From: Paraspadella gotoi
Lineage: Eukaryota > Animalia > Chaetognatha
NCBI GenBank assembly: GCA_051294375.1
Contig: CM119264.1
Span: forward strand, 14,596,682-14,660,681
Direction: 5' to 3'
Length of the DNA: 64,000 nt
Positions 1 to 15,400 of the stretch are shown in pieces. The notes beneath the pieces were generated by a model. That model was not told the DNA's origin and did no database searches. It was given only the letters and a program-made list of their open reading frames with translations. Within the stretch, counting starts at the first letter, position 1, and each line of letters starts with the position of its first letter. A program made the translations under genes and the position numbers.

Positions 1-923
1 CAAAATGAATGGTGCCTAAATGCTTCTCCGTTTTAACGAAGAGTCATTTCATTTGTAATATGACAAAACCTGAGATCAGAACTAAATCAAAAATATATAA
101 ATTACTAATGTTTGCCCAGGTCATCATGGACCCGTTTATGCGCTGCAACGTAATCCATTTTTTTCAAAAAACTTTTTGAGCGTTGGAGATTGGACGGCAC
201 GAATTTGGTCAGAAGACATTAGAGAATCTTCAATAATGTGGACGAAAAGTCACAATCATTATTTGACAGATGGATGCTGGTAAAGTCAAATGGGTTGCTT
301 AAAATTAGGAATAACAAACTATTTTTATAACCTTTCTTACAAAGGTCTCCCTCTCGTCCCGGGGTATTTTTTACAACAAAAATGGATGGAACTCTTGACC
401 TTTGGGACATAATTTTTAAGCAAAAAGATCCTACACTGAGCATCCAAGTAAGCATTCATAACCCTAGTTTATTTAGCCAATGAAGAAAAACAGTTATAAA
501 TCACAGATGATGATCTTAATTTTTTTAATGTTAGACCTATACTAATTCTTTAAAAAATTATCATTTCCAGATTTGCGAAGAACCTCTGTATTCCATAAGA
601 GCTCATGAGCATGGTCGCCTAGTTGCAGTCGGATCACAGGTAACGGGAAAAAATATGTTACAATTACTGCAAGATAGCAATATAGCATTTGTTCATAGTA
701 CGGCTCGATGACTCTGGTTGAACTTTCCGACAACCTGTGCACCCTGCAAACCAACGAGAAAGCCTTGGTGACGGCAATGTTCGAGCGAGAATCCAGGCGG
801 GAGAAGATCCTGGAAGCACGTCACAGGGAGATGCGATTAAAAGAACGCGTGAAATCCGCTGCGGAAAACGAGAGGGCCGCCTCTGCTAACCAAGGAAACA
901 AGAAAGAGGACTCCAATAAATGA
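1..923 (+). CDS. DNAI2: Axonemal outer-arm dynein intermediate chain 2, 3' part (spliced, 5' end outside window)
   Basis: Joined exons (~120-293, ~346-448, ~571-638, ~699-923) read [43 protein letters not shown]...[22 protein letters not shown]...[30 protein letters not shown], the WD40/C-terminal signature of DNAI2; TGA at 921-923. Confidence 0.93.
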
Positions 924-1084
924 TATCCGCCTTAACACTTAGAATTGTAACTCGTTTCACCTTTTTGTTCTTGTTATCTTTGTGCATTAAAAAAACTCAT
1001 TACAGAAGAACAGAAAAAATGGTAAATTACTAAAAATTTTTTGTATTACAGCAGTTATGAGACCTATAAAAAATACATAAAACC

Positions 1085-4541
<3,457 letters not shown>

Positions 4542-4823
4542 AAACCGGGGAAACTAGAGGAAAATGGATTCTGATCGATTCGTTTTTCTTTAATCTGTAA
4601 TTCAGTATAAATTAAAACAAATTTCGATTGTAAATTATAAAAAAACAATCCCGAAGGTTTTTAATCGCTTAAATTTAAAAGTGAAAATTTATTTACTTAA
4701 AAAAGAAATAGGAGCATTTCTTGTATATTTTTTGCTTTCGCCCGTTTGTCAAAAACATTTCTTATCAAAAAGACGTTCTTTAAAAAAGAAACTTAGTAGT
4801 TATTTATTCGTTAAAATATAACC

Positions 4824-5460
4824 ATGGGGGATAACGTCAAAGAGTCGGCCGATCGAGGGTTAGTGTTAGAAACTGTTTTTGATCACAACAAACCGGGTCA
4901 AGTCGACGATTGTTTACCAGGTAATTCAATTTCTAAACATTGAAATAAATCATAAATGAACTTTATGGATAATGTTTTAAACTTATTACATTTCAGAAAT
5001 AATAGTTCCGCGGCATCCGGATCCAGGACGGGTACAGACTTCAGAACAGGGTCCCGGATTTGTGCCAAAAGTAAGTTTCATATATTTATTGACTCACGAC
5101 AAGACTCACTACAAATCCTTTTCAGGGGTCACACACTCACGAATATTACGAAATAGACCCGAAACTTCCAAAGAAATTTGACAACCCCGAGTGGCTCAAG
5201 GGATATGGCGGAATTCCTCAGCACCCGCTGTATATGACAACGTCAAATGACTATGGAAAAGGAGTACCTAATGTTCACACGTCTCAAGTAACCCTTTTAT
5301 AAATCACAAAAAGGAATGCAAATTCTCTAATAAAAAATATTTATCGCAGACCAAGTTTCGCGGATCGTCTCAAGCCTTCACTTTGCCCTTGGGAAAAAGT
5401 GGCATGTACAGGGATCACGGTCTCAACACTTCCTTAGACAAATCATACTTGCCATATTAA
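4824..5460 (+). CDS. PIERCE1/PIERCE2-family microtubule inner protein (C9orf116/C15orf65-like), 4 exons
   Basis: Not in the ORF track; manual splice gives HEYYEIDPKLPKKFDNPEWLKGYG..HPLYMTTSNDYGKGVPNVH|TKFRGSSQAFT..GMYRDHGLNTSLDKS, matching the family pattern LP.rF.NP.wF.GY..YrTsn..YG..GM.rn..LN; paralogue not resolved. Confidence 0.88.
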
Positions 5461-5622
5461 ATTACTAAATAGTACAATCAGTCGCTTATTAATTTTTTTT
5501 TTTGGTATTGTAATGCTGATGTCTCATGACTTTAATTTCTTTCGATTTTGTGATTTACAGAAATAAACAAAACTAGCTAAATGTTTGTGGAACTAATGCG
5601 ATAATAATATTAATATTACGTT

Positions 5623-7325
5623 ATGGATAACGCGGCAAGAGCCGCTTTATTCCTAGAAAGGGAACACTTAAGATTCGTCCAACACCCGGTTTGGGGAATC
5701 GACGCCAAACCTATGTTCGAGGACAATATGTTCGTCTGGAAGGTAAAAAAAAATGACACAACAAAGAGGTATTTAATAAAAAATTAAAACTATTTGACAG
5801 GCGAAGATCCGAGGACTGAAAAACAGCATCTGGGAAGATGGAGTGTTTTATCTCAAAATCAAGTTTAGCGAACATTTTGACGTGCAACCTCCAGAAGTCT
5901 GCTTTCACACCATTCCCTTTCATCCAAACATTAATCCTGTAACAGGTATTCAATTTTTTTTCATCAACAATCCGAAAATGTTGAGGTTATAAAATTCACA
6001 ACTAGGTCAACCATGTGTCGATTTTCTCGATGACTTTATGCAGTGGAATGAAACTATCAGCGTTGCGGGTATATTGATGACGATACAAACTATTTTGTCT
6101 GAACCTTCTCTCGTCAATCCCGTACATCCCGCAGCTGCAGCTCTCTACAGGCAAGGAAAAAAACCTCTTCCTCCTCAAATTATTTATGTACAAAAGAGTA
6201 ACATTTTTGATACAAAATACTTTAATAATAAAAAATGGCTAAATTTCGATTCTTCTACACAAAGGAAAAACCCCGAGGCCTACGAGCAAATCGCTCGGGA
6301 ATGCGTGGAAAACAGTTTGCAGTTTGACTCAATCGCGGACGAAGGGAGCATCGCTGAGTTTGAACCTCAGCCTCTGACGAGCACCGACGAGGCTTTGGAA
6401 ACGTCGAAGGAAGACATCACAGAAAGCGGCCTGAGCTCGGAAGGTGAGACACATTGTTGTTAATCCATTTTATGTTTTTAAAAAAGTTAAATTAAATTCA
6501 ACAGAATCTTACATCCCACAATCGGTTAAGCAACTGTCGTTTGATCAATATCGCTCTCAATGGTCGAATCTCGCTACCACTCGCGGAATAATTAATCCAA
6601 AGTAAAGACTAAATTTCTTTTATCTCAGATCTCTATAAATTTCTTTTCGACTTATTCAGACAGTCTCATCAAACAAATTCAATCGAAACTTTCAGAACCC
6701 AAATGAAGCTTATGATGCGAGGAAAGCCATTGGAGAGCGGACCGGAGATAGATAAAACTGAGTTGACAAACGAAAGCAAGAAAGTGGCAGCGATGAAAGC
6801 GCAGGAAGCTCTTCTCGTATCTGAAATGACCAAATACGCTGAAACAATTAGACAAAAGCACAACAACATTTATTACGGAGTGGTCAATCATCAATGCGTA
6901 CTATCAGGTTGGAGTTAATATTGTTCGTTTGAGTCAACTTTAGATTAGAAAAATTCAAATAAATTATGAAGGTCGTTTGTTCAGATCGCAACATTCCGAA
7001 AGAGGCAGAGTTAACAGCGACTTCGGAGGAAGACCTGTTTGAAAGTCGAACGTTCTACAGAGGTTTGGGTGGAAACATTAAGCGTCTTTTGGATAAAAGT
7101 TCCCAAAAAGGTGTCAATTTAACCATTTACAATTATTTTACATTTCATTTCACAAATTCACAAATAGTACTTTAATCGGAAATTCTTTCAGAGGTCAGAA
7201 CCCGCACGCCCATGAGTTTGAGCGTTCCTTCGGCGGAAGAACAGATCGAGGAAGAAGAGCCCCAAGAAGACGAGGTTGACCAACTCGTGGACTGGACAAA
7301 AAAACTCGACTCGAACGGATTATGA
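5623..7325 (+). CDS. UBE2U: Ubiquitin-conjugating enzyme E2 U-like
   Basis: RAALFLEREH..WGIDAKP..NMFVW|AKIRGLKNSIWEDGVF..IPFHPNINPVT|GQPCVDFLDD..WN..ILMTIQTILSEPSLVNPV (catalytic Cys in GQPCVDFL) plus long C-terminal tail ending EVDQLVDWTKKLD; TGA 7323-7325. Confidence 0.85.
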
Positions 7326-7806
7326 GATCGTTTTGGCGGACCGCCGACTGTCGATCATCACCGTAAACTCATTGTAAAGCATAAATAAATGAATTAAGTG
7401 AAACAAAAAACTCCCAAACAAACAACGGATTCGCATATCTTAGACGTCTCTCTCCCTCTCTCTGTCTCTCTCTCTCTCGTCTTGGTTAAGAGACGCAGAC
7501 TTGCCAACACGATACGGAGAAGTACGACTATCCTATCGGGCATAACATGCGGCCATGCTCGGCCATCGAACATTCGGGAATAGAATCGGCGAGCCGAAAT
7601 GAAAACGAAAGGGAAACGAAAGGAGAAAACGAGTAAAAGAGGATAGAAACACGAAAAAAGAATAAATTATAAAAATGCTAAGAAAAATATATTAAACGAA
7701 AAAAAAACTAAGGACAAAATAAGAGGAACGACGTTGTGGCGTGAATCGTAGAGGGAGAGAGAGGAGCGACGTGCCAAGTTTCTACTTTAAAAATGAATTT
7801 TCTCAC

Positions 7807-10800
7807 CTCCAAACTCTTCTGCTTCGTCGACGGTAGGGGAAGAGTGATAGGGAGGTTAAGGACCATAATAAAAAAAAAGGAAAAAATTGTGTAAATAAAT
7901 TGGGTTAATGCTATTCAACGACGGAATGCTATCGAGATCGACTGTTTACTTTTGATACAAAATATTATACAACTCACGATGCGGTTGGCGTCGGATCGGG
8001 CGCTCTTTACTTCGCTGGCGACTTGAGCTAATTGGGACACGAGCACCTCCTGGCATGTAACGTGCGGGAAAATTTCTTGAGATATCAAGCTCGATAATTT
8101 TGTCAACCACTATCTTGTAGTTTTTATTATATTTCCCGACCTGATGATCGAAGGCGGAGCAGAGCTTGTGTCCAACAACGGACCGTAGAGCGCGGAGGAG
8201 AATCGTGAAGCGGCGCCGGAAGTGAGGGCCGGAGTCGCGAACCTCGCGGAGAAGCCTTGGTGGGAAGAGGTTGGATCGTTGTTAAACTCAGTTAATGGCC
8301 CGGAATAACACCGATTATTACCGTTTTTATTATTGTTATGACTATTATTAAAGAATCCTTTGTAAATCTTACCAATAAAGTTTGTGTGCGGTTCTCATGT
8401 CGGACGTCGACTTCTCGAGTAAAAATTCGCTGAGAGCGCAAGCGTCGTTGGCCTCGTACCTCAAGCACTGCCGGAAAAATAAAAATAAAATTATTGTTGA
8501 CCTAATTTTTCATATTAAAAATAATCTTTTATTTTGATTTAAAATTTAATTAGTTTCTGTGGTTCAAATTTGTTATTAGTCGCAAAACTTTGTTTTACTT
8601 TCATCTAAAAAAATGTCATCGACGTTCTTAACGACGATGCATTCTGACGGGGACAACCCCTCAGTGCTGCGAAGAGCTGTCTCCTCAGAAATCTCCTCCG
8701 CAACGACATCCGCGAGCCTGGCATCGGTTATTAATCGCGCCGCCGCCGCCTCTGACATCGCTGACCCCTCCGCGAAACCAGCCTACACTGTGGCGACTAA
8801 GATAGAACTTGACTCCGCAGTCGCCAAAATCGCCGCAGACTCCAGCGACGCCACCATGAACGGCGGTGCGGCTCGCTCGCTGCATTATGTTACCGACGGG
8901 GAACAGATTTATACGACGAGCGGCGGACAGCTTGGACACTTTGCACAATACATGACCGACACTAATTCGGCGTTTGCTCATTATCACAAGTCCCCACCCG
9001 ACGTGGCCGCCTATGAGTCGTCGACGGGTTATTCCACCGGTTTAAATGTCAACAATCAACAAGCGACGCGAATTCTGCAAGCGAATCAGCTCGCCGGATA
9101 CGGGGCGATTCATGGTCAATTGGTGTCGCACCAGGGGCAAACATACATCTTGCAGGTTAATTTTTAAAATTTTTTTATTAAAAGCTCCCACAATATCAAA
9201 TATAAAAAAATACCAACTTAAAATTTGCGTAAAGATCGTCAAAGGACATATGATTCGATTTGTCAGATTTAAAATTAAAAATTTATATTTTTATATTTTA
9301 CTTTAAGACCGGAAATGAAGCCGTGGAGAATGATGGGTTACCTTTGCATCACATGACGCGAGCATCGCCGGTCACCGTGGAATGGCTGCTCGAGAACTTC
9401 GAGCCCTATGAGGGAGTAAGTCTCGCTCGTTGTACCCTCTACTCGCACTACCTGCGTCACTGCCTCGACCACGCCCTAGATGCAATGAACGCCGCCTCTT
9501 TTGGCAAACTTATTCGCTCTATATTTGTCGGTCTTAAAACTCGACGCCTCGGTGCACGAGGAAATTCAAAATATCACTACTACGGAATTCGCGTGAAGCC
9601 AACCTCGCGACTTAACCAGTACAGCGACAACGTGGTTAACACGGCCCGAACTGGTTCCGGGGTTATCATCGCCAGAGATATCGGGGACGCAAAACGGAAT
9701 GCGCCCACTAAAAGGGGGAATGTCATCGAGGCAGACGATTTAGAAACCGTAAGGGAAGAAGCGCAAGACAACCCGACGGAAGACCCCGATGGCAGCGAAC
9801 GAGCAAAAATACAAGAGCATCTTCGCTACTTAGGGACTCCATCTTTCAATGCGGCCGATTTAAACGGAATACTTTCGGAAGGATTCCTGGCCGCACAGAA
9901 TCAGATCACGCTTCCCGAAGGCATATCCTTCGAAGACTTGTTTTCTTTTGAAAATCTTTATCGCGACCACTGCGAGTCAATACTTGAAGTGGTTGCAAAT
10001 CTGCAATTCGATCTACTAGAATCACTTTGGTCTTCGTTTTGGAAACGCGACGAAGCCGGCGTTAACTGCGGCGATGATGATGAACTCGAGGCGCAGCTGC
10101 CAAAAAGAAAATTGCTTGCGTTATGTGGCATGGATCTGGTGCGCTCTTATATCCGACAGTGTGATCAAGTTTTTTATCAATCGTTGGTCGAAGTTCTTAT
10201 GCCAGATGTCCTAAGACCTATTCCCCTGGCGCTGACGCAAGTCATCCGAAATTTCGCGAAGAATCTGGAATCCTGGGCCAGGGGAGCCATGGAAAATCTG
10301 CCTCCAGAAGCCCGAGCCGTCAAGATGGCAACAGTTCACGCATTTTCGCAAATACTTCGACGTTATACATCGCTTAATCATCTGGCGCAAGCCGCCAGAG
10401 CAGTTTTGCAAAACACAACCCAGATCGCTCAAATGGTAGAAGACTTAAATCGCGTAGATTTTAAGAGCATCCAGGAGCAGGCATCGTGGGTGTGCAACTG
10501 TGAGCATGCCTCTATCGAGAGCTTGGAAAGGGATTTTAAGCAAACTCTGGACAAGCAATCGTCTTTGCAAGATTGGGCATCATGGCTTGAAAGTGTCATT
10601 GATCAGGTGTCAAGTTTTTCCCGTGATAAAGATTAATAACACTGATGAGCGAAATTTATTGTAGAGAGCTCAAATTGTCTTACACTTTTACTCGTAGGTA
10701 CTTTCCCCCCATACGGATTCTCCCTCCTTCTCTAAAGCGGCCCGTCAATTTTTGCTCAAATGGTCCTTTTACACTTCGATGGTGATCCGCGACCTAACCC

Positions 10801-12399
10801 TGCGTAGCGCCGCATCCTTCGGATCCTTCCATCTTATCCGCCTTTTGTTCGACGAGTATATGTACTACGTGGTCGAACGACGAGTCGCCACTGCGCTCGG
10901 CGTTTCCTCGGTCGGCGTGATGGAGACCTTCAAAGTACTGTTAATTTTGTGCATAATAGAATATTGTCTGACAGTATACGATTGTGATTAGCTAAATGAA
11001 AATTATTCTTGGGCAGGGCGGCTCGGTGACAGGGCTCGAATGGAAGGCGACGTTACGAGGGAGCGAACCGGCGGTACCGGAAGCGGCCAAGCGAATGAAA
11101 GCGTCGGGTGCGGAGAATGACGAGAGTGTTACGTCAACGTCGTCAATCGACGCCAGCGAGATGGCGTGGGACTCGGTCATAGTTCAGTCGGAAACGACAA
11201 TCACGCAACTGTAAAGATCTACTTTAATGGTTTTATCTTTTTTTTACATTAAAATCAGAGAAGCCCAACAAAAAAAAGCACAAGAATTCTTTGTATTAAT
11301 ACATCAAGCTATCTCCGTAATTACATGTGCAATTTCTATGCAAAACCCGCTTGAATACTTTTATTTATTTGGATCTTTAGTCATAACATGCTAAATCACG
11401 ACTGGTTCTATTATTACTATAATAACTATTGTTTATTCGCGTTTACTAAATGTATTTTCAAAGAAAATGAATAAATAATTCACAAACCCACTAATCGCTT
11501 AATTTTGAGAGTTAATTACGTAGCCTCTGTTCTGACCTGAACCAACTGCGGGAGATAGAGGCGGAGTTCCGGGTCGGGCATAAGCGAAAGCCACCGCACA
11601 GCCATCTCGCGGACTTCGCGGTCGGGGAACCGAGGACCCAGAAGCTGGAGAGGGGGGAGAAGCGGAGTCCAACGTTGGACCAGTACGTAGAGGTCCGTTA
11701 GTGAAGCCCAATCCCACGAGGGGGCAGCAGAAAGAACGCGTGGAAGCGCCTAAATTAAATTTCCTAACTGCATGAGAACAATTTTTAACGAAAATAATAA
11801 TAGAAATCTACTATGAAATTAATTTCAATAGGGGCGGGGGTTCAAAACTTTAAAAAAGTTCGATTTTAATACTTTTATTTTTGCTATCAAAATTACAATA
11901 TTACTATATAATGATACAAAATTTTTTTAAATCAATATTAACTTTTTTGATGGATTCTGATAGAGCATAAAAAGTTAAATATAACTACAACTTTCAAAAA
12001 TTCTTTTATTTTCTTGGTTAAGAAAAAGTAATAAAATTATCGAAAGATGATGATGATGATGATTATAAATAGTTTTTCATATTTTTCACCCACTTATGAT
12101 CAAAATATCGAAAAAAGAATTATACTTTGAGTAGACAACTTTTTGCAAGCTACCTGAATCTTATCTTAAAAATAAAAAATCCTAAAAAAATTTTAGCCTT
12201 ACCTATTTATAAATAAATATTAAAAAATTAATATATGGGGTATGGAGTAATATTAAATTTTTTTGTCTATTCAAATTTTTAAAAAAATGTTTAAATTTTC
12301 GTTTCAGCAGGTGCTTGATTCAAATTTACTTAGTTAGGCTACTCCTAATAATAGCGAAAACTTAAGAACAAAATATTATTATAGTTATATTTTCTGTAG

Positions 12400-12430
<31 letters not shown>

Positions 12431-15400
12431 AATTTCCAAACGAAACACCTCAGACTTTTTTAAAAATTCTGACACGAACTTGGAGGACTACATACCTCTG
12501 CTCTCATGTAGAGGAAATGCCGCTTTTCCCAAAGAAGTTCGCTTTCCTCTGCAGTGCATGCCGTCATGGGGTCTTTTTCTAAAATGGCGGCCAGTTCCAT
12601 CCTTGTGGACGGGTGCAAAGCGTTGTAGTCCATTTTGTCGCACCTGAAAACAAAAAAGTTATAAATCAATTCCTTTGCTTAAGTAGAAGAATACTTTACG
12701 AAGGCCGATAAGAGGACGAATAAAACGTTTATCTCCGAATCCTTCCTCAAAAACGAGTTACGTACCGAACGATCATGCGACGTTTTTTCCTGTCCAAACT
12801 GCGTCCAAACAAAAACAGTGATTTTGTGAGGAAAGAGAAAAAAGCGTGCAGGAAAGAAACGGAGGTAGCGAGCAAATGACAAATGGCTCGTGAAAGATCG
12901 AATCGCGAAATGAGGCCGAGATCGAGAATATAGGCGCAGATTCAGCACCCAGCGCCAGTTCGCGATCGGTTTTCAGATATTTTGAAAAGGAGAAGGAAAT
13001 CAGTAAAGCAGTTAAGATTCGGCGGACAAAAAGTTAGGCAACAAAAATTTTTTTTTTTTAGAAAAATCTTTATGTGACAGTGGAAAAAGCTATGATTTAA
13101 ATACAACATCGACTAACTTTAAAGAAAATAATGTCACAATCGGGTTATGGCAAACGAAAAAACAAAAGGACAGAGAATTATCAGAACATTAAAATTGTTT
13201 CTAAAGTTATTGTAAGGCTCTTTTAACGATTCCTTTCTGACGATAAGATCAGTTTTTTTTACCAGCTAATCACAACAGAAATATTAAACTTTTTTCGCTA
13301 GCTTAATTTGCACGCAAAGTAGTATAAGTAAATTTATGTAATTATGGTTTAGAAGATAAATAGCGGCAGTCCAAATGTTGTAAGTTGGGTCTCTAAATAC
13401 TAACGTAAATAGGTACGACTAGGGGTAAAGATGGCCATGATAAGGGGAAAGTTCTTCCTTCTAGTAAAAAAGTAAAACACGGTTTGCACAGTTATTGGAG
13501 TTTTTTTGAGAGTGGTACAGAATGAGTGAGGAATGAATGAAAGATTGATACCGAGGGACAACGAGTGCCGCAGCAACGAAATATTTCGTTAGATTTATGC
13601 TAAATTCTGTCAAAACGGAATCGTTTGGTAAATCTTTTTACTTTCAACTAAAAGTAAACTACTAAAAAGTTTATTTAATTTGTACTATGAAAATAATCTA
13701 ACGTGCAAATATTCTCCAGATCATCATTGAACGCTTACCATGACTCGCGCTGAATGACAGAAGGGAAGCAAAGCTGAGCGTCAAAGTCAGGAAGGTTGAG
13801 TTGGAGAAGGATGGCGCGGTCGTCGTACACGTTCGTGTCCAACGTCCCTGTAACGTGAGCATCCTCGCCCATCCACAATGGGAGTAGTTGAGGACCCTGA
13901 CAAGAGCACATTTGATATAATTTATAACGATATATAAAAAAATGTACAGAATTTGTAAACACTAAAAACTGCAGTACTTACTTGAACAAGATACTCCCTA
14001 TGATCGAAAAGAGCAAGAGAAACCCAACCAAGGGGTACGAAGCTGGATATAGAATAGGTAAATTGCTTTAAAATGCAGTCCGTTGTTTTTATTCAGAATT
14101 TTTGAAAATAAATTAAATCTTATATACGTAGAAATGATCTAACCCGACATAAAAGAAAACTTACCTTTGCGGAGATATGTTGTTGGCCAGGTTCGCGACA
14201 ACGGCGTCGCCCACCGGTCCCTCGGCTGGCTGCGGAGTGGCCACGGGGTTTCCTTTAGCGTCGAGGGGAAACTGGGCGCCCCAAAGCGCCAGGCAGATAC
14301 GGGCCTCACGCGGAAGGCGACATAGCGGTAACCCGCCGAACTGCAGCCACTCGTCCCAGACAACTCGCTCGAAGAAACCCAACTTGGTGATTCGACGGGC
14401 AGGGGATTTGGCGACGGGTCCCAGGGAGCGATCCCCGTAGTAGATTCCGGCGCGAACCTGTAGTGTAAAGATATTATGTTGCTTTTGTTTCATCAATCGA
14501 ATCCGAAAGAGAGAACAAAAGATCTCTGCGGGTAAAGAGTTATGTGTGGCAACGATAAAGAATGAAATATTTTCTCGCAACAAGGGAAAATTAATAACAA
14601 AATAATAATAATAATAATAATGACCAAGTGTCGTAAAAAGGTCAAATCACACGCTATGAAGTCACGGGTCAACGAGTCTATGACAATAGAATAATAATTA
14701 AACAGAGAGAGAGAGAGAGAATGTTGTTGTTCGGCGAATTTATCGTTGTCCACATATGTCAGTTTCAATGGGGAGTGCAAGTGTGGAGGGGTGTGCAAGT
14801 GATCGGCGGGGTGCTGAGCGTCGTTACACGGTACTTTCGACCCGTCGTTTTTTCCACCTTCCACTGGCGCATGCAGGCCAGAAAAAAAAAGCGGTAAGAG
14901 GTCCAAGGACCCATCGCTAGTAATCGCCAATGTTACCAACTTCCCAATAAGGCAAAGATGAGAAGACGTGAGTAACAAGTGAATCTTAAACATATGAGGT
15001 TTCAAAGCTAAAACAGTAACCGAAAAATAATAACTTCACCCAGAAGAGAAGTTCTTACTTGAAAAAATTCGAACTTTTGTCTCCACTCGATGGGGATTCG
15101 ATGTGCAGAGACAACGTGAAGAATGACAGCGTCGGCGAACTCCGCCGTCGGTCTCAGAAGAGGGAGGGGAGTTGACGACGACACAGATGGTGCAGGGGAA
15201 GAAGACGAGGCTCCCGATGAGGAGGGGGAAGAGGACGAGGCACGGCGTCTACGATAGAAGAAGATTAATATGAGAGGGTAGGAGGATTGAATAAATCTGG
15301 ACTCATTAACATCATACTTATGACTCGTAATAGCGTTTAACTCGGCCTGCGAGTGAAGGATCCACTCAGGCAGCTGAGGTACGGAGTAACGACGACAAAA

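Noticed and set aside
7480-7610. GC-rich block as an snRNA/SL RNA or further PI3K exon
   Set aside because: No Sm site or snRNA motif recognised and no PI3K-like frame; at most a candidate RFX promoter
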